The notes beneath the pieces are model-generated. The model did not search any database. It worked only from the letters and a program-made list of their open reading frames with translations, and was not told where the DNA came from. Of a DNA stretch of 64,000 bases, positions 39,290 through 48,485 are shown in pieces. The number at the start of each line of letters is the position of its first letter. Position 1 is the stretch's first letter. The DNA is from an uncultured Dokdonia sp. (GTDB taxonomy: Bacteria; Bacteroidota; Bacteroidia; Flavobacteriales; Flavobacteriaceae). The stretch spans positions 993 through 64,992 of the forward strand of contig CANNDF010000009.1 in the NCBI GenBank assembly GCA_947503305.1. The letters run 5' to 3'. Position numbers and translations under genes: made by a program.

Positions 39290-39356
39290 AGGGTACTAAG
39301 ATAGCAAAACGTTTAAAGAAGAATAACAGTACTTATAAGTACGATATAATAGGAGA

Positions 39357-40544
39357 TTATTTTTTATAATAAGAAAGCAATTGAGAAGTTATAAATGTTG
39401 AATCATATAATGCTATCATTCGTTGTCTTCCTGTATTTCCCATTATTTCCCATTGTTCTCGGGCAGATAACATAGTACGTAATCCTGTAGCTATAGCATT
39501 TTCTGAGACCTCATCTACAATAATGCCGGATGTGTCTATCATCATTGCCGATGCACCCACAGGCGTCGCAACTACAGGAAGTGCACAGGAAAGACTTTCT
39601 AATATAACCGTAGGAAATGCTTCTGTCCTGCTAGGCAATAATAAAAAATCGGATTGTTGCATTGCCTTACATACATCCATTGAATTTTGGGCTCCTTTAA
39701 AATGGATACAAGCTTCTAATTCTAATGTTTTGGATAATTGCTTGAGTGTAGCCTCTTCGGGTCCAGTCCCTATAATTGAGTATATGATCGTATGAGTAGA
39801 TTGTTTTTTGATATGCGATAGTGCTCGTAGTGCCATATCTATCCCTTTTTCTTTAGAAAGTCGACCTACTATTAAAACTCGCGTATGCTTATTTGCTCTT
39901 TTTTTAAGGTCAGGTTTAAAAAACTGAGTGTCAACACCATTAGGCAGGTCTATTATTTTTGAGGCTGGTGCTCCCATAGTGCGTAATGCATCTTTATTGT
40001 AGGGAGAGATAGAAAATACGGCATCCCCTTGAGTAAAGGTAGGTGTATAATCATATCCATTATAGAGGCCTTCTAGAATATCATATCCATGAAAGGTTGT
40101 AAATACCTTAAGTTCGGGTAATAGTTTTTTATAAAATACTGCCTTATTGCCATTAGACCCATAATGCGCATGAATTATATCAATCTTATGTTGTATCAAA
40201 TAATGTACTACAAATAATTCGGATAATGACCGAAGACGTTGACCATACTTGCGTGATTGAGTCGCTTTAATACAGGGACGATAGCTTTTTATAAAAATAG
40301 CTTTCCCTAAAATTGGGAGGGCTTTTATAATACGTATCCATTTATTTCTAGGGCTTAGAGCCAGGGCTGTCGTAGCATTAAAATCAAACTGCTCATATCC
40401 TTTTAAGGCAATATCATCCTCAGAAATAAGTCGTTTTGCAATCACAAAAACACCTATTCCTTTAGCACTTAGAGAAGCCATTTGATTGCGAATAAATGTC
40501 TCAGAAATAGCAGGAAAATCATTAAGTAAGAAGAGTACGTTCAT
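39357..40544 (-). CDS. Glycosyltransferase, GT4-like
   Basis: MNVLFLLNDFPAISETF; VGRLSKEKGIDMAL; LPSRTEAFPTVILESLSCALPVVATPVGA. Confidence 0.85.
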   Translation of the reverse strand: MNVLFLLNDFPAISETFIRNQMASLSAKGIGVFVIAKRLISEDDIALKGYEQFDFNATTALALSPRNKWIRIIKALPILGKAIFIKSYRPCIKATQSRKYGQRLRSLSELFVVHYLIQHKIDIIHAHYGSNGNKAVFYKKLLPELKVFTTFHGYDILEGLYNGYDYTPTFTQGDAVFSISPYNKDALRTMGAPASKIIDLPNGVDTQFFKPDLKKRANKHTRVLIVGRLSKEKGIDMALRALSHIKKQSTHTIIYSIIGTGPEEATLKQLSKTLELEACIHFKGAQNSMDVCKAMQQSDFLLLPSRTEAFPTVILESLSCALPVVATPVGASAMMIDTSGIIVDEVSENAIATGLRTMLSAREQWEIMGNTGRQRMIALYDSTFITSQLLSYYKK

Positions 40545-41545
40545 AACCCTAATTTTTTATGGAGTTCCTTACGAAGTCTATGCATCCCTATCCCTTTAAT
40601 GGTATGCCATTGCCTTTTTTCTATTTGATAAGCAAGTATATAATAACTCGACTTCTGAGTACTTATATAGCCCGCTTTTTTTCCGAGTTTCAGGTATGCT
40701 TTTAACACACGTTTATCAGACAGTAAAAATAGATATGTATGTAATGCCTTAAAATACATTTGTCTTAGGTATTCCAAACGTTCTTCATAGGATAGGATCT
40801 CTGTATTTATATCACGACTCAAATATTTTGTAAGATACCCATATATACCTTTAAAAGCTTTTGTTACAAAAGCAGGATCTGTATATTTAGAAGTTGTGCT
40901 ATTATCTATGCGGTACAGAAAATTTGCTATAGGTACTCTCTTAATTTGTACTCCTTGTAGCAATAAATATGTATGAAGATCTACATCTTGGAAACGTTGT
41001 AATGCCTCATCAAAACCTCCATAGGTTTCAAAAACCTTTCTTCGCCATATAGGGCTTGTAATCTGCCAGGGAATTGTATATGCCAAGAATAATTTTAAAT
41101 ATTCTATGGTATCCTCAGAGGTTTCTGGGTCCTTATTAAGTATGTGTAATGGCGTATCTATATCTTCAAATATGCGAGTGTCAAATACAACTCCATCTAT
41201 ATTCTTGTTTTGTCTGATTGCATGTATACGGTCTTCTATACACCCAGAAGTCAACAGGTCATCTCCATCTAAAAAAATAATATAATCTCCTTGGCTTTTT
41301 TCTATCCCTATATTACGACAAGCATTGGCACCTTTGGGTCGATCTGATGGGCGTATATAATTTATATAGCGAGAATCCCTACTAGCAAAATTTTGTATTA
41401 TGGATACTGTCGCATCTGTAGAACCATCATCTATACAAATACATTCCCATTCCTGATAAGTTTGCGCTAGTAAACTGTCTAGTGTCTCTTCTAGAAACAA
41501 GGCATTGTTATACGTTGGGATAATAATTGAGACGGTAGGTTTCAT
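40541..41545 (-). CDS. Glycosyltransferase GT2 (paralogue)
   Basis: VSIIIPTYNNA..EWECICIDDGSTD..KGANACRNIGIEKSQGDYIIFLDGDDL. Confidence 0.85.
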   Translation of the reverse strand: MKPTVSIIIPTYNNALFLEETLDSLLAQTYQEWECICIDDGSTDATVSIIQNFASRDSRYINYIRPSDRPKGANACRNIGIEKSQGDYIIFLDGDDLLTSGCIEDRIHAIRQNKNIDGVVFDTRIFEDIDTPLHILNKDPETSEDTIEYLKLFLAYTIPWQITSPIWRRKVFETYGGFDEALQRFQDVDLHTYLLLQGVQIKRVPIANFLYRIDNSTTSKYTDPAFVTKAFKGIYGYLTKYLSRDINTEILSYEERLEYLRQMYFKALHTYLFLLSDKRVLKAYLKLGKKAGYISTQKSSYYILAYQIEKRQWHTIKGIGMHRLRKELHKKLGL

Positions 41546-42495
41546 AAAGACTGGACTACTTTTTTCTTAAGTGAATATCCCTTACCTGCAATCGTTGCAC
41601 TTAATTGATACATAACATAAGTACTGGCAATTACCCAGCCTTTTATTTTGAGCAATTCTTTAAAAATAAAAAACAAATGTGCTCTTGAGGGGGTATCTTT
41701 AAGGTAAAGCATACCCATTTTTTTTATCAAAAAAGACAGCCCTTCTTTAGGAGCATTTGCCTTTTGCAACTCTTTATAGGTCTCTTTATAGAGAATTGCT
41801 CTATCGTGTTGTAGTCGTTTTGTATCTTTAGTTAGTACCCCTCGTATGGAATCTTCATGCATCCTTCTTAACGTAGTATAACGATCTAAGACAATCCCTT
41901 TTTGACTTTTTAAGGTTAGTTTTGAAAAGAGATTATACTCCTGTCCTGATGGTAAAGCAGTATGGAATCTCAATTCTTTAAAAAGAGATGATTTCCCCAT
42001 AAAATCAGGCGTCAACCAATTGATCTTTTGAGTAACATAATGGGTATGTGTAATGGCATAATGATCAAAAGTATAATACGCATCTTGCCTATCTATGATA
42101 TGCGTAGAGTCTGGATGTTGAAAACTCTCTGTTTTAGAAATCACATAATCACATGGATTAGCCTCTAATATTTTTACTTTTTCTTCAAGCATCGTAGGTT
42201 GCATAAGATCATCACTATCAAAAAATTGAAGGTATACCCCTTGTGCCTTTTCTATTCCAATATTCCTACATGTATTCCCTCCTTTTTTTTGATGTTTTTC
42301 TCTTTCAAAAACAAGGATACGTGAATCTCCTACTTGTATTTTTTTTAAAACAGCCATACTATTATCTGTAGAACCGTCATCTACGATAATACATTCCCAA
42401 TGCGTATAGGTTTGTTGCTGAATAGAAGTAATTGTCTCTTTTAAAAAAGAGGCTCTGTTATACGTTGGGATGATTATAGAAACTAGACTAGGCAT
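41542..42495 (-). CDS. Glycosyltransferase GT2 (paralogue)
   Basis: VSIIIPTYNRA..HWECIIVDDGSTD..KGGNTCRNIGIEKAQGVYLQFFDSDDL. Confidence 0.85.
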   Translation of the reverse strand: MPSLVSIIIPTYNRASFLKETITSIQQQTYTHWECIIVDDGSTDNSMAVLKKIQVGDSRILVFEREKHQKKGGNTCRNIGIEKAQGVYLQFFDSDDLMQPTMLEEKVKILEANPCDYVISKTESFQHPDSTHIIDRQDAYYTFDHYAITHTHYVTQKINWLTPDFMGKSSLFKELRFHTALPSGQEYNLFSKLTLKSQKGIVLDRYTTLRRMHEDSIRGVLTKDTKRLQHDRAILYKETYKELQKANAPKEGLSFLIKKMGMLYLKDTPSRAHLFFIFKELLKIKGWVIASTYVMYQLSATIAGKGYSLKKKVVQSL

Positions 42496-43693
42496 AGATA
42501 TTAGTAAACAGTGTTAGCCATTTTTCTATATTAACCTTATCTCCAAAAATTGCATCCAAGCTTATATGAATATCTCTTATATCCTTGGGACTGTCCGCTA
42601 CTACATGAGGGATAAGATCTCGTAATTCATTAAAGTTTTCAAAAAAATACATTGGAGCATTGGTCTTACGATATACTTCGTAAGGTAACCATTTGCCAGC
42701 AATTACTTTACTTCCACTATACAACGCTTCTGTTACGGTACCACTCATCGCATCACTTACAGGAGCATAAATTAATATATCTATATCTGAGCGTAATGCG
42801 ACTAGATCTTCGCCCACACAATACTTTTTATGCACTACATATGGAATAGGGTATTGTCGAAGATATCTTTCCAACTCTTTTTCATACTTCTCATCTAAGC
42901 CATATGTTAGAAACAAATAAATACAAAATTGTTCTGGATGCTCAAACCCTTTAAGAGCTTCCAGTATGGATATATGATTATTCTCTTTATAACCATTATG
43001 CCCTACCATGATCGTAATAGGACCTTTTTTTAGTTTTTTGTCTATACTAATTTTCTTAAAAGAATCTACATAGAATGCATTTTGTAAAAACTTAACAACA
43101 TGAATTTTGTTTTTTACAGCACTCCCAAAACGCTTTTCTAATTCCCTCTGTAAAGTTTCATTTTGAATAGTAAGCGCTTTTGCATTTTGCAAACATACTT
43201 TCTTAAATGCATCTACCTGAGGATTTGTTTGTCGTAATAAATCAGAACCCCAAAATGAAACAACAATAGGAGTATTCCTGATAAAAACCATTTTCTTAAG
43301 GTGCGTCAGACTTGCAAAATGACAATGTATACATGACATCCCTAGTTGATCATATGCTTTTGCTTTAAGAAAAAGAGTGAAATAAGGTTTTAAATGTTGA
43401 GCAGCATATCGTATCCCATGATATTTAACCTCTAAGAAAAGTAGTTTCCATAATAAGCTATGACTTAGAAAGGCAATGTACGTTCCCAATTTTTGAAATG
43501 CTTTCATTTTTTTAACAGGGATATCTATTAATGTAAGTGCCTTACTTTCTATAATAGCATCCCCTAGATGTTCTATATCTTCTGTATATACTTTTAAGTC
43601 AGGATTTTCTTCTTTGAGTCCATCGTACAAATTGATCAAAAAATTTGATTGTGTTTTACCTATAGCAAGTATGTTCAGAGCTTTACGACCCAT
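42488..43693 (-). CDS. Putative GT56-like glycosyltransferase (WecF / 4-alpha-L-fucosaminyl-transferase-like)
   Basis: By-eye alignment to my recollection of E. coli WecF: VVSFWGSDLL vs HIWGADLY, ITIMVGHNGYKENNHISILEAL vs [22 protein letters not shown], and a similar C-terminal block. The assignment is from memory only. Confidence 0.45.
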   Translation of the reverse strand: MGRKALNILAIGKTQSNFLINLYDGLKEENPDLKVYTEDIEHLGDAIIESKALTLIDIPVKKMKAFQKLGTYIAFLSHSLLWKLLFLEVKYHGIRYAAQHLKPYFTLFLKAKAYDQLGMSCIHCHFASLTHLKKMVFIRNTPIVVSFWGSDLLRQTNPQVDAFKKVCLQNAKALTIQNETLQRELEKRFGSAVKNKIHVVKFLQNAFYVDSFKKISIDKKLKKGPITIMVGHNGYKENNHISILEALKGFEHPEQFCIYLFLTYGLDEKYEKELERYLRQYPIPYVVHKKYCVGEDLVALRSDIDILIYAPVSDAMSGTVTEALYSGSKVIAGKWLPYEVYRKTNAPMYFFENFNELRDLIPHVVADSPKDIRDIHISLDAIFGDKVNIEKWLTLFTNIYA

Positions 43694-45423
43694 TATGTAC
43701 TGTATTGATGTGAGCCCCCATGGTATTTTACATATGTGTATGCTACATGAAATGCTAAAAATTGCGCATCCGGATGGTTCATTTCTGATTGCTCTTTAAT
43801 TGCATTTTTTAAAACAATATCTGATATATGTGGTAATAAATCTGCAATTACATCAGAATACCACGTTGCCATATCATCAGAAAACCAATCAGATTTCCCT
43901 AATAAACTTTTTACAGTAAGGTCCAACCCAAAAGATTTGAGCTGTTCTATCTGAATCCTATTTTTTATACGTCGGATCCATTTATTATTGCCAGGCCTAG
44001 GTAGTGTACGTGTCTTTGTTTTCTCGTAATAATATTTTCCAGCATTCGGATGATACTTTTCAATCCAGGCACTATACAGTTTATGTTTGTGGCGATAAGG
44101 CAATGGTAACGAAAAACAAAAATCAAGGACTTCCTGATATAAAAAAGGAGAAACCGATTCTGTATGCGGGTATATCAACCAATTACCATTCATTGTACCA
44201 TTATATACGTGATTATAAAACTGGGCTATCTCTACATTCTCATACATTGTACATTCTTGTTTCCATATAGAAGCTACATGACTTGAATACAAACCCTCAT
44301 GATAGCTTCGTTTTGATACAAAATCTTGATGTACCTCATAAGGATGCAGGGTATTACCTAAAACTGCATCACCCACTTGCCCAGAATGTAGTATCCCATA
44401 TTTACTAAAATCAAGCTTGTTATACATAGAAGGTATTTGGCTAGTAAGATGATAAAAAACCAATCCCGAATTTTGTTTGAAAACGGGTTCAATATTTTTT
44501 AAATGATCAAAATTCTCTATATAATATACATGATTTTTTAAGCTTAAATCTTTGGAAATATGATGTGCAATCGCATCATCCCAATACCCTTTTGTAGAAA
44601 AAGTAAATCTTCCTATGTTTTTATATCCTGTATTTGCACCTGCAATTACTGTCATTCTAGAATCTAGACCTCCACTCAAACCACATAAATGGTCATAACC
44701 ATATTCCAAATCTTTATCAAATTGTAAACGAATAGCTTGATCAAACACCTCTTGAAATCCATCTATAGCAGCATTAAAAGAAATATTGGAAGACCTTTGC
44801 TGTAACTTGTAATACTCATGCTTTTTAACCTGAGACCTTGTCACTTCAAGATAACATCCGGGAGTCAGCTTTTTAAGCTCTTTATACAATGTTCTATCTC
44901 CTAGAACATTTCCAAAACACAATAACGAATAATAAGCTTCTATATCTACTGTTAAGGAAGCTTCTTCCTGTTTGCAGGTATTGACTAGGAATTCAAAATT
45001 AGAACATCCACAAAAACCCTTGGATATATCTTCGGTATAGTAAATAGGTTTTGAGCTTGTAAGATTGGTATATATATATTGCGTTTGTGTATTCTTATCA
45101 TATATGATCATACTAAAGTCACCCCGCATTTCCTTGACAAAAGATGCTCCATATTGATTCCAAAGCTTTTCTAACAATACCTCAGTGCTATGCTGAGCAT
45201 GGCTATTTTTTAATTGCTGAAGATTAATAACCACCCCATCAATACAAAAAAAACAACTGTCAGATTCATAAAAGACTTTGTCGTCTTTAAACTTAGAATT
45301 AAGATTTCTAAAAATATGTACTCCAGCAGATACATCTCTATAAGAATTATATAAATATGCCTCGCCTTTTTCCAGATCTGGTGTAATATATTTAAACCCT
45401 TGGGAAGAAAACAATCCGAACAT
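43693..45423 (-). CDS. Asparagine synthase (AsnB)-family protein lacking the N-terminal Cys nucleophile
   Basis: 576 aa with the PP-loop motif LSGGLDSRMTV of the synthetase domain. The N-terminus is MFGLF where AsnB-type enzymes have MCG. Confidence 0.75.
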   Translation of the reverse strand: MFGLFSSQGFKYITPDLEKGEAYLYNSYRDVSAGVHIFRNLNSKFKDDKVFYESDSCFFCIDGVVINLQQLKNSHAQHSTEVLLEKLWNQYGASFVKEMRGDFSMIIYDKNTQTQYIYTNLTSSKPIYYTEDISKGFCGCSNFEFLVNTCKQEEASLTVDIEAYYSLLCFGNVLGDRTLYKELKKLTPGCYLEVTRSQVKKHEYYKLQQRSSNISFNAAIDGFQEVFDQAIRLQFDKDLEYGYDHLCGLSGGLDSRMTVIAGANTGYKNIGRFTFSTKGYWDDAIAHHISKDLSLKNHVYYIENFDHLKNIEPVFKQNSGLVFYHLTSQIPSMYNKLDFSKYGILHSGQVGDAVLGNTLHPYEVHQDFVSKRSYHEGLYSSHVASIWKQECTMYENVEIAQFYNHVYNGTMNGNWLIYPHTESVSPFLYQEVLDFCFSLPLPYRHKHKLYSAWIEKYHPNAGKYYYEKTKTRTLPRPGNNKWIRRIKNRIQIEQLKSFGLDLTVKSLLGKSDWFSDDMATWYSDVIADLLPHISDIVLKNAIKEQSEMNHPDAQFLAFHVAYTYVKYHGGSHQYST

Positions 45424-45440
45424 ATAATTAATGATAAAAC

Positions 45441-46727
45441 TTAAGTCTCTATTGAAAAGTTATCTATTGTACAATCAAGTATTACCTCTTGTGCAGATCT
45501 ATTAATTTTACCCGTTTTCCAATAATCACCAGGTAAAACATTAATCATACTAAATTTTTCTTTCACATGTAAAAAATCTGAAGGAGATGTAGATCCCAAA
45601 CTAGAGAAAACTTTTAATGAGTAAATACCCCCTCTTAAGGCCAATCTAGATAAATTCCAATCAAAGTATCCATTACTATGAATTTTATCTAGTACTATAC
45701 CGCTTTCAATAGATGAAAGTCCAGAAATTAAATTTCCATATGGATCATTTATACTAAAACCCCAGAAAAATTCTTTTGTTTTAATATCTATTTTTGATTT
45801 ATAGTAAATTCGAATTGTAGCATCTTCACCAGATATCAAGGCATTTACTAATTTCCCTTTAGAATCAATTAAATCAACATTAGTAAATGAAAAAATTCCA
45901 TTAAACTTGTTGTCTTCATCATTTTTATCACTATCCGTAACAGAAAGATAGTCCTGTACTACATCTTCTATTTCTCCTGTAGAATATATCCCGCCGTTTT
46001 TAAGTAAAATCCCTCTTGTACAGAGTGATTTTACAGCCGCCATATTATGACTTACAAATAATATAGTACGTCCCCCATCTTTTGAGATATCCTGCATCTT
46101 ACCAATGGCCTTTTTCTGGAACTCGGCATCTCCTACAGCTAGAACTTCATCTATCACCAAAATTTCAGGTTCTAAGTGTGCCGCTACAGCAAAGGCAAGT
46201 CGTACCCGCATCCCACTACTATAGCGTTTTACTGGTGTATCTATATAGCCTTCACATCCTGAAAAGTCTACAATCTCATCAAGTTTGGAAGCAATTTCGG
46301 CTTTATTCATTCCCAGAATAGCACCGTTTAAAAATATATTTTCTTTCCCAGTAAGCTCAGGATGAAAGCCGGTCCCTACTTCCAATAAAGAAGCAATACG
46401 GCCTCTTGTTTTTATAGAACCCGTAGTAGGACTCGTGACTCTGGATAATATCTTAAGTAAAGTAGACTTCCCTGCTCCATTTTTTCCTATAATGCCTAAT
46501 ACTTCTCCTCGTTTTACCTCAAAATTGATATCCTGAAGCGCCCATACATAATCATCATTTGCCCGCACACTCCTATCATTTGCAGTCCCTACTTTAAGAA
46601 ATGGATCTTCTTTACCTCGTACCAAATGCCACCAACGATTCAAATCATCTTTAAGAGATCCAGAACCCACCAGACCTAGTCGATACTGCTTAGAAATATT
46701 TGTTGCTTTTAATATGATATCACTCAT
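45441..46727 (-). CDS. wzt: Polysaccharide-export ABC transporter ATP-binding protein with a C-terminal extra domain (Wzt-like)
   Basis: Walker A GKNGAGKST, signature YSSGMRVRLAF and Walker B ILVIDEVLAVGD in the first ~250 aa. An extra beta-rich domain of about 170 aa follows (FSFTNVDLIDSKGK..ATIRIYYKS). Confidence 0.85.
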   Translation of the reverse strand: MSDIILKATNISKQYRLGLVGSGSLKDDLNRWWHLVRGKEDPFLKVGTANDRSVRANDDYVWALQDINFEVKRGEVLGIIGKNGAGKSTLLKILSRVTSPTTGSIKTRGRIASLLEVGTGFHPELTGKENIFLNGAILGMNKAEIASKLDEIVDFSGCEGYIDTPVKRYSSGMRVRLAFAVAAHLEPEILVIDEVLAVGDAEFQKKAIGKMQDISKDGGRTILFVSHNMAAVKSLCTRGILLKNGGIYSTGEIEDVVQDYLSVTDSDKNDEDNKFNGIFSFTNVDLIDSKGKLVNALISGEDATIRIYYKSKIDIKTKEFFWGFSINDPYGNLISGLSSIESGIVLDKIHSNGYFDWNLSRLALRGGIYSLKVFSSLGSTSPSDFLHVKEKFSMINVLPGDYWKTGKINRSAQEVILDCTIDNFSIET

Positions 46728-47565
46728 CGTTTCTAAATGGACAACTTTTAAGAAGCCCCTTTTGTAAAGTGGTTATGATTTCCTTTTGAGGCACTAATTG
46801 ATCAGGGGACAGTACTTCAAAAAGAGATTGTAAATGACCATTCTCAAAGGTAGTTAAATCCTTTGAGTTTAAGATTTTCATGGGATCTATCCCTTGATAT
46901 GGAGGGATCCCTACCGATTCAAAATAATCTCTGAATTTGATATCATCCCCATATAGTTTATCCGACCATCGCACCCATACTGCTGGAATACCATAAGCAT
47001 GAGCAACAATAAGTCCATGCAAGGATGAAGACAAAATATAATTACATTTATAAATTGCATCTGTGGTTGCCTCTACGTCATTTGTTTTTAAATCTATGCA
47101 GACCTGTCCTTGCTGTAGTTTTTTATCCTCAAAAAGCTCATAATCTGCATAATGAGGAATCCAACCAAATTCAAATTCTTTATTACCTTTAGGTGTATAA
47201 AATTGCGGAAGCAATAACGCAGGGTCCCCATAATTTTCGGGACAATTATATCCAAGAGCCAAAAGTCTTTTTCGGGTCTGAGGTCCGCGTACTGCATAAA
47301 ATGTAGCAGGAGCTACCTGTTGATCTTCTGTAATAATACCACTCCCCCATACATGGCTATGCTTAGTTGCCTGTGCCAAAATACTTCCAATAGCCAGATA
47401 ATGCTTTTTAGATTGGAACCATTTTATTTTTTTAGGATGTATCCATTGAATACGCTTTTGCGAAAGCCTCTCCGTAAGATAAGCACTTAAGAGATCGCCA
47501 TAGTTTTCTTGCGACCACCCTTGTAGACGAATATTACTCCAAAAAAACAAACGTATTGTATCCAA
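46720..47565 (-). CDS. Polysaccharide pyruvyl transferase family protein
   Basis: 281 aa with NYGDLLSAYL near the N-terminus and SSSLHGLIVAHAYGIPAVWV, as in the CsaB/WcaK-type pyruvyl transferase family. Confidence 0.75.
   Translation of the reverse strand: MDTIRLFFWSNIRLQGWSQENYGDLLSAYLTERLSQKRIQWIHPKKIKWFQSKKHYLAIGSILAQATKHSHVWGSGIITEDQQVAPATFYAVRGPQTRKRLLALGYNCPENYGDPALLLPQFYTPKGNKEFEFGWIPHYADYELFEDKKLQQGQVCIDLKTNDVEATTDAIYKCNYILSSSLHGLIVAHAYGIPAVWVRWSDKLYGDDIKFRDYFESVGIPPYQGIDPMKILNSKDLTTFENGHLQSLFEVLSPDQLVPQKEIITTLQKGLLKSCPFRNDE
47454..47467. repeat. Iterated palindrome, 13/14 copy, inside the pyruvyl transferase CDS
   Basis: GCTTTTGCGAAAGC (one C>T change), read as L-S-Q-K-R. Confidence 0.8.
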
Positions 47566-47583
47566 ATAAATCTATATTAAAAC

Positions 47584-48459
47584 CTATACTGTATCAATAA
47601 ATCGCTTCTCTGTACGATTAAAAATAATTAATCCCACAAAAAATAATACGACAGCAATCCCAGCGGTATATCCTAATCCTAACCAACTAAAAGAAGTGAC
47701 ATCAGGGTCTTCAAACAATAAGTATCTAAACCCTTCTATAATTTGAGTAATAGGATTTCCTTCTACTAACCAGACATATTGTGGTTGTTTCTCACGCATC
47801 ACTGCCAGAGGATAAGGCACTGCAGATACATACATGAGCAACTGAGTCGCAAAACCTACTAAAATCGTTAAATCTCGATATTTTGTAGTCATTGCCGAAA
47901 TAATCATCCCCAGACCTAATCCAAATAAAGCCGCTATCAAAAAATAAAAAGGAGCTAAAAAAACAAATACACTAGGACGCACCCCTTCTCCTTTTACAAA
48001 TACGAAGTATGCATAAAAAGCTATCAAAATTAATAACTGTATTGCTAATCGAAAAAGGTTTGATACCGACTTAGACAATGGTACAATCACTCTCGGAAAG
48101 TATACTTTTCCGAACATACTCTGGTTGGCCCGAAACGTATTGGATGTCGTATTTAGACAGATCTTAAAATAACTCCACATGGTAATCCCTGCGAGGTTAA
48201 ATAAAAAGGCAGGAACAATACCCGTATTTATAGAAGCGATATTATTAAAAACTAAGGTAAAAATGACTGAGGTAAAAAGTGGCTGTATAAAAAACCATAA
48301 CGGTCCTAATATGGTTTGTTTATAGACAGTAACAATATCGCGTTTTACAAACAACCACAGTAAATCTCTATACCGCCATATCTCTTTAAAATTGAGATCG
48401 ATATATTTCCCTTTAGGGGTAATCTCATATAACCAATCTGATTTTTCTGATGTATTCAA
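47584..48459 (-). CDS. wzm: Polysaccharide-export ABC-2 type permease (Wzm-like)
   Basis: 291 aa with 6 predicted TM helices and the ABC-2 family N-terminal block EIWRYRDLLWLFVKRDIVTVYKQTILGPLW. Confidence 0.85.
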   Translation of the reverse strand: MNTSEKSDWLYEITPKGKYIDLNFKEIWRYRDLLWLFVKRDIVTVYKQTILGPLWFFIQPLFTSVIFTLVFNNIASINTGIVPAFLFNLAGITMWSYFKICLNTTSNTFRANQSMFGKVYFPRVIVPLSKSVSNLFRLAIQLLILIAFYAYFVFVKGEGVRPSVFVFLAPFYFLIAALFGLGLGMIISAMTTKYRDLTILVGFATQLLMYVSAVPYPLAVMREKQPQYVWLVEGNPITQIIEGFRYLLFEDPDVTSFSWLGLGYTAGIAVVLFFVGLIIFNRTEKRFIDTV

Positions 48460-48485
48460 TACAATAGTTTTTAAACAGCTACAGA

